From IMG/VR virus record IMGVR_UViG_3300008107_007316, positions 1-62,872 of that record: 62,872 bases of DNA, one strand, 5' to 3'. Below are positions 27,173-37,633 of this stretch, in pieces. The translations under genes and the position numbers were made by a program. How positions within the stretch are numbered: position 1 is the stretch's first letter; the number at the start of each line of letters is the position of its first letter. Under the pieces are notes generated by a model, which did no database searches, was not told the origin of the DNA, and saw only the letters and a program-made list of their open reading frames with translations. Source of the DNA: a virus. Its lineage: Duplodnaviria > Caudoviricetes.

Positions 27173-28560
27173 TAACAATTGGATATAGTACAAAATCAAC
27201 AAAACCAAATTTTATTGCCCACATAAAAGAAACTTGTGGGTTAGAAAATTTTCAAATAATTGAAAAGATAAACAACGGCGAAAAATCATTATCGGTAACA
27301 TACAATGAAATTTTATCAGAGAGTTTACATGACATTGTTGTATTATGTCACGATGATATTATTTTTGAAAAACCTTATTGGGCAAAAAGAGTTGTTGAAC
27401 ACTTTACAAAAAGACCTGAGTACGGAATCCTTGGTGTTGCCGGTACAAGATATTATCCATCATCAGGTATGTGGTGGGAAATAAGTTCTGAAATGGTTGG
27501 TCAAGTTTACCATAAACATAATGGAAAAAAGTGGTTATCTTCATATAATGAACCATTTGGTAATAAGGTAATTGATACTGTTATCATTGATGGTGTTTTA
27601 ATGATGGTAAATAAGAAAAAAATATTTACAAAATTTAATGAAGAAGTGGAAGGATTCCATTTTTATGATACAACATTTTCATTTGAGAACCATATCAATG
27701 GTGTGAAAGTTGGTGTAATATCAAACATACCAATTACTCATTTATCAATAGGAATGACAAATGATCAATGGAATAAAAATAGAGAAAAATTTATAGAAAA
27801 ATATAAAGAACATTTACCAAATATTTTAGAAAATAATTTACCAATTATTGAACAAAATAAAAAACTTCCTTTAGTATCTATAATAATGCCGGTTTACAAT
27901 TATGGTAAAATGTTTCATAAATCTATTGAATCGGTATTTAACTCAACATATAAAAACTTTGAACTTATTATTATAAATGACGGATCAACCGATGAATATG
28001 TTTTAAACAAATTAAAATCATTATCTAACCACCCGAATATAAAAATTATACATCAAGAAAATGGTGGTCCGGCTAAAGCAAGAAATAATGGAATTAAAAA
28101 CTCAAATGGGGTTTATATATTACCATTAGATTCAGATGATATGATATCTACCGAATACATTCAATCATGTGTGAATATCATAAGAAAGGATAAAAATATT
28201 AGCCCTGTCTATTGTGATACAAATCATATTGGTCAAATGTCTGGTGTGGAAAATAGACCTGAATGGTCAAAAGAACGATTAATTCAAGGACCATTTATTG
28301 TTAATTGTTCAATGTTTACAAAAGAATCTTTTGATCTATGTGGTGGTTACGATGAAGAAATGAAAGGGTGGGAAGATTATGATTTATGGGTTAGAATGAT
28401 GAATAACGGTTTTGTAGGTAAAAGAATACCAAAACCATTGTTCACATATTATCACCACGAAAAAGACGGTACCGTATCAACAGAGGCAAATAAAAACACA
28501 AAAGAATTATATGATTATATAATGATTAAAAACAATATAATTAAAAATGAAAATAACTGA
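27169..28560 (+). CDS. Two-domain GT2 glycosyltransferase
   Basis: N-domain LCHDD...GVAG...IDGV...FHFYD; C-domain VSIIMPVYN, INDGSTD, ARNNG, LDSDD, WEDYDLW. Confidence 0.9.
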   Translation: MITIGYSTKSTKPNFIAHIKETCGLENFQIIEKINNGEKSLSVTYNEILSESLHDIVVLCHDDIIFEKPYWAKRVVEHFTKRPEYGILGVAGTRYYPSSGMWWEISSEMVGQVYHKHNGKKWLSSYNEPFGNKVIDTVIIDGVLMMVNKKKIFTKFNEEVEGFHFYDTTFSFENHINGVKVGVISNIPITHLSIGMTNDQWNKNREKFIEKYKEHLPNILENNLPIIEQNKKLPLVSIIMPVYNYGKMFHKSIESVFNSTYKNFELIIINDGSTDEYVLNKLKSLSNHPNIKIIHQENGGPAKARNNGIKNSNGVYILPLDSDDMISTEYIQSCVNIIRKDKNISPVYCDTNHIGQMSGVENRPEWSKERLIQGPFIVNCSMFTKESFDLCGGYDEEMKGWEDYDLWVRMMNNGFVGKRIPKPLFTYYHHEKDGTVSTEANKNTKELYDYIMIKNNIIKNENN

Positions 28561-29176
28561 TTTTTTTGATAAAACATTTTGCATAAATTTAGAAAGAAGA
28601 TCTGATAGATGGGAAGAATGTGTTGTTGAATTTAATAAATATAATTTATCTAACATTAATCGTTTTATTGCGGTGGATGGTAAACAATTACCACAGGTGA
28701 CTTCGGGGTTTGTTACCCCATCAAGATTAGCCTTGGTATTAACTAATATAAAAATATTGGAGGAATCAATTTCAAATAACTATAATACTATATTAATTTT
28801 AGAAGATGATGTTGAATTTAATGACCAAGTCCTAAACATGAATGAATACTTTAAAGTGTTACCTAAAGATTGGGATATGTTATATTTTGGTGGTAATCAT
28901 AATACTCATATGGGCATTAATCCCCCATCTATAATTAATGAAAAAGTTTGTAAATTACATAACACATATAGCACTCATTGTGTGGCAATTAATGGTAAAG
29001 CAATAACAAAAGTATATGATAGGATAAAAAAATGTGATAACGCCCTTGATGTTATATATGTTGATTTACAAAAATCACTAAATGTATATTCATTTTACCC
29101 AATGATTGCAACACAAAGAGTGAGTTTTAGTGATATAGAAAATAAAGTTACCGATTATAAATGGTTAATTAAATAA
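28547..29176 (+). CDS. GT25-family glycosyltransferase
   Basis: INLERRSDRW, RFIAVDG, ILILEDD, WDMLYFG. Confidence 0.88.
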   Translation: MKITDFFDKTFCINLERRSDRWEECVVEFNKYNLSNINRFIAVDGKQLPQVTSGFVTPSRLALVLTNIKILEESISNNYNTILILEDDVEFNDQVLNMNEYFKVLPKDWDMLYFGGNHNTHMGINPPSIINEKVCKLHNTYSTHCVAINGKAITKVYDRIKKCDNALDVIYVDLQKSLNVYSFYPMIATQRVSFSDIENKVTDYKWLIK

Positions 29177-29178
29177 TT

Positions 29179-29874
29179 ATGAGAGTTTCAATTTGCATTC
29201 CATCATATGATAGTGATGGTAGTAATTTACATTTACTAAGTAAAAACATACAATCTTGTTTATCTCAAGATTATAATGATTATGAAATTATTGTATCAGA
29301 CCATTCTCCAGGTGACAATGTAAAAAATTTAATCTATAATTTTAAAAGTGATAAAATAAAATATATTAAAAATACAAACAATATTGGATACCCCGCACAT
29401 AATACAAATAATGCAATTTTAAATTCAAGTGGGGAGTTTATTAAAATAATGAATCAAGATGATTATTTTAATAGTAATTCAGTATTAACAAATATGATGT
29501 TATTAACTAAAACACATAAGTGGGTTCTTAATGGATTTACACATTTAAAATCGGGAACTAATATATTTTATAATCCAAAAATACCAAGAATAAATGGTAA
29601 CGGAATCCATTTATTAGACGGTATAAATACGATAGGTTGCCCTAGCGTTGGATTAATTCCAAAGGGGGAATTAATTGATGTGGATGTAACTTATATGATT
29701 GATTGTGAATTATGGTATCGGTTATTTATCAAATTTGGATATCCGGGAGTTGTTAATGATCATAATATTATTATTGTTATGGGGGACCATAATTTAAGCA
29801 CTAAACTAATAAATGATAGTAAATCTATGATTTTAAAAGATAAAGATTATTGTTATAAAAAATATAAACTATGA
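29179..29874 (+). CDS. GT2-family glycosyltransferase
   Basis: VSICIPSY, EIIVSDHS, IKIMNQDD, IGCPS. Confidence 0.85.
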   Translation: MRVSICIPSYDSDGSNLHLLSKNIQSCLSQDYNDYEIIVSDHSPGDNVKNLIYNFKSDKIKYIKNTNNIGYPAHNTNNAILNSSGEFIKIMNQDDYFNSNSVLTNMMLLTKTHKWVLNGFTHLKSGTNIFYNPKIPRINGNGIHLLDGINTIGCPSVGLIPKGELIDVDVTYMIDCELWYRLFIKFGYPGVVNDHNIIIVMGDHNLSTKLINDSKSMILKDKDYCYKKYKL

Positions 29875-31022
29875 AAAATTTAAATTTATTTGTTCCTAAA
29901 TTCAGAAATGATGAAATTATTGAACACATTACAGAATGTTTAGATAAAGGATGGACAGGTCTTGGATTTAAAACCGTTGAGATTGAAAACAAATGGAAAG
30001 AATACACCGAATTACCTCACGCTCATTTTATAAACTCAAATACGTCTGGTCTTCATTTGGCAATTAAAATACTTAAAGATTCAAACAAATGGAATGATGG
30101 AGATGAAATTATTACAACACCTATGACATTTGTGTCTACAAATCATGCAATAAATTATGAAAATTTAAATCCTATTTTTGCCGACGTTGACGATAACCTA
30201 TGTTTAGATCCAAAATCGGTTGAAGGTTTGATTACTAAAAAAACAAGGGCAATTATTTTTGTTGGTATAGGAGGTAATACAGGTCAATTAAATGAAATCA
30301 TTAATTTATGTAAAAGAAAAAAACTTAAACTAATACTTGATGGGGCTCACATGGCTGGAACATTTATGAATATAGATGGAGAAATAAAACACGTAGGTCA
30401 TAATGTTGACGTATCCGTTTTTAGTTTTCAATCAGTAAAAAATTTACCTACGGCAGATTCAGGAATGATTTGTTTTAAAAATGAAGATTATGATACATTA
30501 GTAAGAAAATTATCATGGTTAGGAATAGATAAAGATACATATCAAAGATCTAATGATAAAGGAACATATAAATGGGAATATGATTTAGTTGATGTTGGAT
30601 TTAAATATCATGGTAATTCTATTATGGCATCAATGGCATTGGTAGGTTTAAAATATTTGGAAGAGGATAATTCACGTAGACGAGAAATTTGTGAAATGTA
30701 TGAAGAGGGATTTAAAAATACGGACATTAAATTTATTTCTATTCACAAAGATTGTGTTAAGCCATCAAGACATTTATTTCAAATTGTAGTTAACAATAGA
30801 AATAAAATGATGGAACTTCTAAATGGTTATGGGATTTACCCTGGAGTACATTATAGAGACAATATGTTATATAAAATGTATAAAAGTAATTATGGTTCTT
30901 GCCCAAACTCACATAAATTATCCGAACAAGTAATATCATTACCATTACATATGTTTTTAACAAATGATGATATTAAATATATTATTGAGATGGTAATATT
31001 ATCAAATAAAAATTTAAATTAA
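29871..31022 (+). CDS. DegT/DnrJ/EryC1/StrS PLP sugar aminotransferase (perosamine-synthase-like)
   Basis: NSNTSGLHLA, PMTFVST, DGAH, FSFQSVKNLPTADSGM with the catalytic Lys present, GFKYH, SLPLH. Confidence 0.88.
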   Translation: MKNLNLFVPKFRNDEIIEHITECLDKGWTGLGFKTVEIENKWKEYTELPHAHFINSNTSGLHLAIKILKDSNKWNDGDEIITTPMTFVSTNHAINYENLNPIFADVDDNLCLDPKSVEGLITKKTRAIIFVGIGGNTGQLNEIINLCKRKKLKLILDGAHMAGTFMNIDGEIKHVGHNVDVSVFSFQSVKNLPTADSGMICFKNEDYDTLVRKLSWLGIDKDTYQRSNDKGTYKWEYDLVDVGFKYHGNSIMASMALVGLKYLEEDNSRRREICEMYEEGFKNTDIKFISIHKDCVKPSRHLFQIVVNNRNKMMELLNGYGIYPGVHYRDNMLYKMYKSNYGSCPNSHKLSEQVISLPLHMFLTNDDIKYIIEMVILSNKNLN

Positions 31023-31023
31023 T

Positions 31024-31665
31024 ATGGAAACTTTAGTTATTTTAGGATCGGCCGGTTTGGCAAAAGAGTTTTTTTTATATATAAAAAGATCCCAACCTCA
31101 GATTAAAAATTTTATTTTTGTTAATGATCTTGATGATGGTCAAAATGAAATTGTAATATCGGGAATTTCATATCCTGTTGTCAAAGATTGGAAATTCGAT
31201 TCAAGTTATTATTTTACTGTGGCGGTGGGAAGTCCTAAAATAAAAACTATTTTAGTTCAAAAAGCATTAGATAGTGGGTTAATTCCCGCACCAACTTTTG
31301 TTGATATAGACGCAAAAGTATTAGACAAAACTATTAAGTTAGGTGTTGGAGGAGTTATATCACCAGGATGTATTTTAACAACAAATATAACCATCGGAAA
31401 TTATACCACATTAAATTTAAATACAACGGTAGGTCATGACACAATTATTGGTGATTTTGTAACAACTAACCCTGGTGTTCATATTTCAGGACATTGTAAC
31501 ATTGGTGATATGAATGAATTTGGTACAGGATCAATAGTAAGAGATAGATTAACAATTGGTAGTAATAAAATGTTCGGAGCTCAAAGTGCGGTTGTAAAAT
31601 CTTTAGTAGACGATAACCCTGAAATTTTTGTTGGCGTCCCAATTAAACTTTTAAATAAAAAATAA
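31024..31665 (+). CDS. Sugar N/O-acetyltransferase (PglD/PerB/NeuD family)
   Basis: N-terminal LGSAGLAKE Rossmann-like motif, hexapeptide repeats with VGHD, C-terminal VGVP. Confidence 0.88.
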   Translation: METLVILGSAGLAKEFFLYIKRSQPQIKNFIFVNDLDDGQNEIVISGISYPVVKDWKFDSSYYFTVAVGSPKIKTILVQKALDSGLIPAPTFVDIDAKVLDKTIKLGVGGVISPGCILTTNITIGNYTTLNLNTTVGHDTIIGDFVTTNPGVHISGHCNIGDMNEFGTGSIVRDRLTIGSNKMFGAQSAVVKSLVDDNPEIFVGVPIKLLNKK

Positions 31666-32447
31666 TGGGATTTGTAAGTGTTAAACTTATGGGTGGATTA
31701 GGAAATTATTTATTTCAAATTGCATCAGCATATTCTAAATCAATTGACGATAATTTAAGTTTTATTTTAGACATAAATGATATCACAATTGTTCATTCAA
31801 ATCCAAATAATTACAAAAATAATATTTTTAGGAAATTAAATTTCCAACCATTAAATGAATCTTATTCACATTATAAAGAACCATCTTTTAATTATAATAT
31901 TATATCAAAATTTAATAGTAACACAAAAATGGTTGGGTATTTTCAAAGCGAAAAATATTTTTTAAATAACCAAGAAAAAGTATTTGACATTTTTTCTATT
32001 GATGACCTAACCAATAATTTACTCAAAAAAAAATATGGTGATATATTAAGTCACGATACTTGTTCTATACACGTAAGAAGAGGTGATTATGTTAGATTAA
32101 ATCAATATCACCCACCACAATCAATTGAATATTATAAAGAATCAATTAAAATTATTGGTGAAGATTCTTATTATTTAATTTTTTCGGATGATATAAATTG
32201 GTGTAAAGAAAATTTATCATTTATAAAAAATAAAACTTTTATTGAGGGTAATGATGATTACCAAGATTTATATTTAATGTCTATGTGTAAAAATAATATT
32301 ATCGCAAATTCTTCATTTTCTTGGTGGGGAGCTTGGTTAAATAAAAATAACGATAAAAAAGTCATATCACCAAAAATATGGTTTGGAGAAAAAAATAAAC
32401 ATTTGAACACTAATGACGTGTACTGTAAAAATTGGATAAAATTATGA
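31665..32447 (+). CDS. GT11 alpha-1,2-fucosyl/colitosyltransferase
   Basis: GGLGNYLFQ, GYFQSEKYF, HVRRGDY, FSDDINWC, NSSFSWWGAWL. Confidence 0.92.
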   Translation: MGFVSVKLMGGLGNYLFQIASAYSKSIDDNLSFILDINDITIVHSNPNNYKNNIFRKLNFQPLNESYSHYKEPSFNYNIISKFNSNTKMVGYFQSEKYFLNNQEKVFDIFSIDDLTNNLLKKKYGDILSHDTCSIHVRRGDYVRLNQYHPPQSIEYYKESIKIIGEDSYYLIFSDDINWCKENLSFIKNKTFIEGNDDYQDLYLMSMCKNNIIANSSFSWWGAWLNKNNDKKVISPKIWFGEKNKHLNTNDVYCKNWIKL

Positions 32448-33232
32448 ATAAAATAAAACCTACTTTAATAGGGGGGATCCCAAACAAATTAAGTGATTTT
32501 GAAAAAAAAGTTATTATGTATGTGGACCAATATGGTATTAATTTAAATCATTATAATCATAATGATTATGATTATAAAATTTACTGGCAGATTGAAGGTC
32601 AGGGTGTAATACGAAGAAGAGAAAATAATATAAGTTTCCCAATAAATTATAAAAATGAATTTGACCTCATTATTGCGAGTGACCCTACTATATTAAATGA
32701 GTGCCCAAACTCAGTTATTTTTCCATTTGGTGATTGTTGGGTTCCATTAGATGATCAAAAAATACATAGTAAAAATAAATTACTTTCAATTATAGCATCA
32801 TCAAAAAATGAATTACCTGGACATAAATTAAGACATTTAACAATAAATAATATTGGTAATAAAATGGATGTTTATGGTAAATGTTGTAATTACGTAGAGA
32901 ATAAGGCAGATGCATTAAAAGATTATATGTTCTCAATATGTACAGAAAATTTACAAATTGAAAATTGGTTTACTGAAAAATTAATAGATTGTCTTAGAAC
33001 TGGCACAATTCCAATTTATTGGGGATGTCCAAATATTGGGAAGTATTTTAATCTTAATGGATTTATAATTGTTAACTCATTAGAAGAAATTATTGATGTG
33101 GTTAATAATTTATCTGAAGACAAATATTTTTCTAAGTTAAAATATGTGGAGGAAAATTTTATTAAAGCTTCAGAATATGGTAGTAATTTATTTGAGAGAG
33201 TTGATAACGAAATAAAAAAAATTATAAAATGA
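32444..33232 (+). CDS. GT10-like (alpha-1,3/4-fucosyltransferase-like) glycosyltransferase
   Basis: YMFSICTEN...WFTEKLIDC...TIPIYWG. Confidence 0.8.
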   Translation: MNKIKPTLIGGIPNKLSDFEKKVIMYVDQYGINLNHYNHNDYDYKIYWQIEGQGVIRRRENNISFPINYKNEFDLIIASDPTILNECPNSVIFPFGDCWVPLDDQKIHSKNKLLSIIASSKNELPGHKLRHLTINNIGNKMDVYGKCCNYVENKADALKDYMFSICTENLQIENWFTEKLIDCLRTGTIPIYWGCPNIGKYFNLNGFIIVNSLEEIIDVVNNLSEDKYFSKLKYVEENFIKASEYGSNLFERVDNEIKKIIK

Positions 33233-34143
33233 GTAAAATAGTAGTAACAGGAGGATCTGGTTTAGTTGGTCAAAGTTTAAAAAAAATTATGCCAAACGCA
33301 ATTTATTTGTCATCAAAAGATTTTGATCTAACCACAGAAGTTGGTGTGAGAAATATGTACTTAAAACATAAACCAGACATTGTTGTACATTTAGCGGCAA
33401 AAGTTGGAGGTATTATTGATAACATTAATAAACCGGCAGAATATTATACCGAAAATGTAATTATGAATACACTGTTGGTTGATTACGCACAAAAACTTAA
33501 TGTTAAAAGATTTATAGGGATTTTAAGTACTTGTATTTTTCCTGACGTTATGGAGACATATCCAATGAAAGAAGAAGATTTACATTTAGGTCCCCCAACT
33601 TTAACCAACTTTTCGTATGGATACGCAAAAAGAAGTTTGGCCGTTCAAATTGATGCATATAATAAACAATATGGAACAAAATACCAATATTTAACTCCAT
33701 GTAATTTATATGGAGTTGGGGATAAAGATCATGAATCTAATAGTCATTTTATAACCGCATTAGTTAAAAAAATATTTGACGCCAAACAAAATAATGATAA
33801 ATCAATAACCTTATACGGTGATGGTTCTCCATTAAGACAATTTATGTTTGCGGATGATTTTGCTAAAATTATTTATTATGTTATTTCTAATGAAATTTAC
33901 GATAGTTTTAATGTTGCCGGAAACGAAAATTTAACAATTAAACAAATGGCAAATATTGCATTAAATTCTTGTGATGCTGATTTTTTAAAAATTAAGTGGG
34001 ATTTAAGTAAACCAAATGGTCAACACAGGAAAGACGTGTCTATTGAAAAATTAAAATCTTTACTACCCAATTTCAATCCCTTATCATTATCCGAAGGAAT
34101 AAAATTAGTATATAATAATTATTATGATAAAATTAGTAAGTGA
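33229..34143 (+). CDS. fcl: GDP-L-fucose synthase / ColC-like epimerase-reductase
   Basis: VTGGSGLVG, HLAAKVGGI, STCIFP, YGYAK, PCNLYG, GDGSPLRQF, KPNG. Confidence 0.88.
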   Translation: MSKIVVTGGSGLVGQSLKKIMPNAIYLSSKDFDLTTEVGVRNMYLKHKPDIVVHLAAKVGGIIDNINKPAEYYTENVIMNTLLVDYAQKLNVKRFIGILSTCIFPDVMETYPMKEEDLHLGPPTLTNFSYGYAKRSLAVQIDAYNKQYGTKYQYLTPCNLYGVGDKDHESNSHFITALVKKIFDAKQNNDKSITLYGDGSPLRQFMFADDFAKIIYYVISNEIYDSFNVAGNENLTIKQMANIALNSCDADFLKIKWDLSKPNGQHRKDVSIEKLKSLLPNFNPLSLSEGIKLVYNNYYDKISK

Positions 34144-35278
34144 TACAATTAATAAAGAAGATATAAACTCTTTAGTTGAATGGTTAAATCAAGATGAAAT
34201 ACCAAGATTAACGAAAGGTGATTTAACTTGGGAGTTAGAATCTAAATGGGCAAATAAAATTGGAACAAAATATTCCGTTTTTTTAAACTCAGGGTCGTCG
34301 GCAATTCTTTTAACCTTAGCAGCATTACAACATACTAATAGATTAAAAAATAATAAAATAGTTGTTCCCGGATTAAGTTGGGCAACTGACGTTAGTTCGC
34401 CAATGTTATTAGGTATGGATCCAATACTTTGTGACTGTAACTTAGAAGATCTTTCTTGTGATCTAAACCATTTGGAAGAATTATTTAAAGAACACTCTCC
34501 ATCAACATTTATTTTGGTTTCTCCATTAGGTTTAGTTCCTAATATGGAAAAAATTATTGAGTTGTGTAATAAGTATGATGTTATTTTATTGGAGGATGTC
34601 TGTGAAAGTATGGGATCAAAATACGACAATAAATATCTTGGGTCATTTGGTTTTGCATCTTTCTTTTCAATGTATTTCGGACATCACTTAAGTACTATTG
34701 AAGGGGGGTTTATTAATACTAATGATGAAGATTTTTATTATTCTTTACTTATGATGAGAAGTCACGGATGGGACAGAGATTTACCAAAAAGAATACAAAA
34801 TAAATTACGTAATCAGAATGATGTTAATGAATTTGATTCGTTGTACACTTTTTACTTACCTGGGTTTAATTTAAGATCAACAGATTTACAAGCGTTTATT
34901 GGATTACGAGCAATTAATAAACTTGATGAATATACCGAAAAAAGAAATAAAAATTTTAAGGAATACAAAAGTTTAATAAAAGATAATCAATTAGATATTG
35001 TTAATTATGATAAAAATTTTATTTCAAACTTCGCATACCCAATTGTCACCAAAAACAGAAATAAAATCATTCAAAAATTAATTGATAATAATATTGAGGT
35101 AAGACCTTTAATTGCTGGAGATATGTCAAAAAAACCTATGTGGATTAAAAAGTATGGTGAAGTAATATTACCAAATTGTCAACTTATTAATGAATATGGT
35201 TTTTATATACCAAATCATCAGGACTTAACCTCAGATAAAATAAATTTAATAATTAATATAATTAATAATGAACAATAA
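34124..35278 (+). CDS. colD: ColD-like GDP-4-keto-6-deoxymannose 3-dehydratase (DegT fold, His in place of the catalytic Lys)
   Basis: NSGSSA, SWAT, EDVCESMG, SMYFGHHLSTIEGG, RSHGWDR, PGFNLR, IEVRPLIAG; 384 aa, located between fcl-like and gmd genes. Confidence 0.75.
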   Translation: MIKLVSDTINKEDINSLVEWLNQDEIPRLTKGDLTWELESKWANKIGTKYSVFLNSGSSAILLTLAALQHTNRLKNNKIVVPGLSWATDVSSPMLLGMDPILCDCNLEDLSCDLNHLEELFKEHSPSTFILVSPLGLVPNMEKIIELCNKYDVILLEDVCESMGSKYDNKYLGSFGFASFFSMYFGHHLSTIEGGFINTNDEDFYYSLLMMRSHGWDRDLPKRIQNKLRNQNDVNEFDSLYTFYLPGFNLRSTDLQAFIGLRAINKLDEYTEKRNKNFKEYKSLIKDNQLDIVNYDKNFISNFAYPIVTKNRNKIIQKLIDNNIEVRPLIAGDMSKKPMWIKKYGEVILPNCQLINEYGFYIPNHQDLTSDKINLIINIINNEQ

Positions 35279-36248
35279 AAAAGTGGCATTAATTACTGGA
35301 ATAAATGGTCAAGATGGTTCATATTTATGTGAATTCTTATTGGAAAAAGGTTATGAAGTTCACGGAATGTTGAAAAGAAATTCAGTATCAGAAAATCAAA
35401 CATCTCGATTAGACAAAGTATTTAATAAATTAAATTTACATTATGCGGATCTAACAGATTTATCATCCCTTATAAGAGTTATTAGTGAAATAAAACCTGA
35501 TGAAATATACAACTTAGCCGCACAATCTCACGTTAGAATATCTTTTGATCAACCTATTTATACCGCAAATGTAACAGGACTTGGGACTTTAAATATTTTA
35601 GAATCCGTTAAACTAATCGACCCAAAAATAAAAATTTATCAAGCATCTTCTTCAGAAATGTTTGGTAATAACATTGACGAAGACGGGTTCCAAAGAGAAA
35701 CAACCCCAATGTCACCTGTATCGCCATATGGTTGTGCAAAAGTATTTAGTTATAATATATCTCGCAATTATAGAAATTCATATGGTATTTTTATTTCCAA
35801 TGGGATATTATTTAATCACGAATCACCAAGAAGAGGAACAAATTTTGTCACTAATAAGGTTTGTAAAGAAGCGGTTAAAATTAAATTGGGATTAACCAAT
35901 GAACTTAAATTAGGTAACTTAGACGCAACAAGAGATTGGGGACACGCAAAAGATTATGTTGAAGCCATGTGGATGATTTTACAATTAGAGAATGCGGATG
36001 ATTTTGTTTGCTCAACAGGTATATCACATTCGGTTAAAGATTTGGTAGAGTATGTATTCAACAAATTAGAATTAGATTGGAAACAATATGTTAAACAAGA
36101 CGAAAAATTTTATAGACCCGAAGAACTTAACGATCTTAAAGGGGACTCAAAAAAATTAAGAGAATTAACTAACTGGTCACCAAAATATACATTTGAAAGT
36201 ATGTTGGATGAGATGATTGAATATTGGTTAAATCTTTTAAATAAATAA
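35268..36248 (+). CDS. gmd: GDP-mannose 4,6-dehydratase
   Basis: ALITGINGQDGSYL, YNLAAQSHV, YQASSSEMFG, SPYGCAK, NHESPRRG, RDWGHAKDYV. Confidence 0.97.
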   Translation: MNNKKVALITGINGQDGSYLCEFLLEKGYEVHGMLKRNSVSENQTSRLDKVFNKLNLHYADLTDLSSLIRVISEIKPDEIYNLAAQSHVRISFDQPIYTANVTGLGTLNILESVKLIDPKIKIYQASSSEMFGNNIDEDGFQRETTPMSPVSPYGCAKVFSYNISRNYRNSYGIFISNGILFNHESPRRGTNFVTNKVCKEAVKIKLGLTNELKLGNLDATRDWGHAKDYVEAMWMILQLENADDFVCSTGISHSVKDLVEYVFNKLELDWKQYVKQDEKFYRPEELNDLKGDSKKLRELTNWSPKYTFESMLDEMIEYWLNLLNK

Positions 36249-36261
36249 TAAATAATAATAA

Positions 36262-36999
36262 ATGGCAACAAGAAAAAAAATTACTCAAACAACTGAAGAA
36301 ACGACAAACCCTTTAGTATCAAGAAAGGACTTTATTAATTCGGTTATTAAGAAAAAACAAAAAAATAAATTTTTGTCTGAACACCAAGAAGAGTATTATA
36401 ATATATTAAAAAATAATCAAATAACCGTGGCTTCAGGACCTGCTGGTGTGGGTAAAAGTTACATCGCAATGAAAGCGGCTGTAGATTTACTTATGGATCC
36501 AAATAATTCTTATGAGAAGATTATAATTGTAAGACCAGCTGTTGAAGCCGAAGAAAAATTAGGGTCATTACCGGGTAATCTTGAAGAAAAATTAGACCCG
36601 TATATTTTCCCATCTTATTATTTATTAAATAAAATAATTGGTAAAGAAGCAAGGGAAAAATTAAAAGAGGCGGAAATAATTGAGGTGTTCGCACTTGCAT
36701 TTATGAGGGGTATGAATATTGATAACTCAATATTAGTTTTTGAAGAAGCTCAAAACTCAACCCCCAATCAAATGAAACTTTTGTTAACAAGAATTGGATT
36801 TAATAGTAAATTTTTTATTTCGGGTGACCTTGAGCAAACTGATAGATATAAAGATAAAAAACAATCAGGTCTTTACGATGCAATTCAAAGATTTAAAGAT
36901 GTAAGAGACATCGGGGTATATGATTTTAGAGACGCTAAAAATGTAAGAAACCCATTAATTAGTAAAATACTAAGTAAGTATGATGAGAATAGGGATTGA
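36262..36999 (+). CDS. phoH: PhoH-family ATPase
   Basis: GPAGVGKS, RPAVEAEEKLGSLPG, AFMRG, EEAQN, LLTRIG, SGDLEQTD, VRNPLI. Confidence 0.93.
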   Translation: MATRKKITQTTEETTNPLVSRKDFINSVIKKKQKNKFLSEHQEEYYNILKNNQITVASGPAGVGKSYIAMKAAVDLLMDPNNSYEKIIIVRPAVEAEEKLGSLPGNLEEKLDPYIFPSYYLLNKIIGKEAREKLKEAEIIEVFALAFMRGMNIDNSILVFEEAQNSTPNQMKLLLTRIGFNSKFFISGDLEQTDRYKDKKQSGLYDAIQRFKDVRDIGVYDFRDAKNVRNPLISKILSKYDENRD

Positions 37000-37633
37000 G
37001 ATTAATGGTGTGTTAAGAGACACTATTGGTAAGTTCACACAACTTTATGAAAAACATTTGATTGATGAGGTAGAATCGAACAACACAACTTACTTAATGG
37101 ATCTTTCAGGTAATACTGAGGTGGCACTGTTAGAAGAACCATTTAAATATGAAAAATTAAGTGATGTTACATCTTTAAATTTGTTAGATCATTTTTCATT
37201 TCCATCAAAAGATGAATTATATAGTTTTATGTATGAAGATTACACAATGGAACTTTTTGGTCATGCCCCATCAACGGAAATGATGACTTTTAATATTTTA
37301 AATGATATTTATCACAACCTAAGAGACAAATATGATTTAATCATTGTATCTGATGAAATAGGTAGATCAAAACCATCTTCTTTATTTTTCTTATCTAAGT
37401 TTGGATGTTTACTTGAAAAAGTATTTTTTTATAGTGAAATTACAAAAAAAGATATGTGGAATAATGTAGACATTTTACTTACCGCTAATCCTGACCTATT
37501 ATTAAATAAACCTTCTAAAAAGGTAGTGATAAAATATGAGACCGAGTTTAATAAAAATATTGAATCCGAACACACAATTAAATCGTTATCAGAATTTGAA
37601 GATAAATTAACAAAAATTATTGAAAATGTTTAA
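36980..37633 (+). CDS. HAD-fold 5'(3')-nucleotidase-like protein with degenerate motif I
   Basis: RIGIEINGVLRD (canonical IxIDxDGVLxD); C-terminal FNK...IKSLSE. Confidence 0.6.
   Translation: MMRIGIEINGVLRDTIGKFTQLYEKHLIDEVESNNTTYLMDLSGNTEVALLEEPFKYEKLSDVTSLNLLDHFSFPSKDELYSFMYEDYTMELFGHAPSTEMMTFNILNDIYHNLRDKYDLIIVSDEIGRSKPSSLFFLSKFGCLLEKVFFYSEITKKDMWNNVDILLTANPDLLLNKPSKKVVIKYETEFNKNIESEHTIKSLSEFEDKLTKIIENV

Noticed and set aside
24609-36248. Bacterial O-antigen/capsule locus or chimeric host contig
   Set aside because: It is interleaved with phage-type exonuclease, dUTPase, PhoH and sigma genes, has similar AT-rich composition, and lacks wzx/wzy/wzm/wzt or initiating transferase genes.
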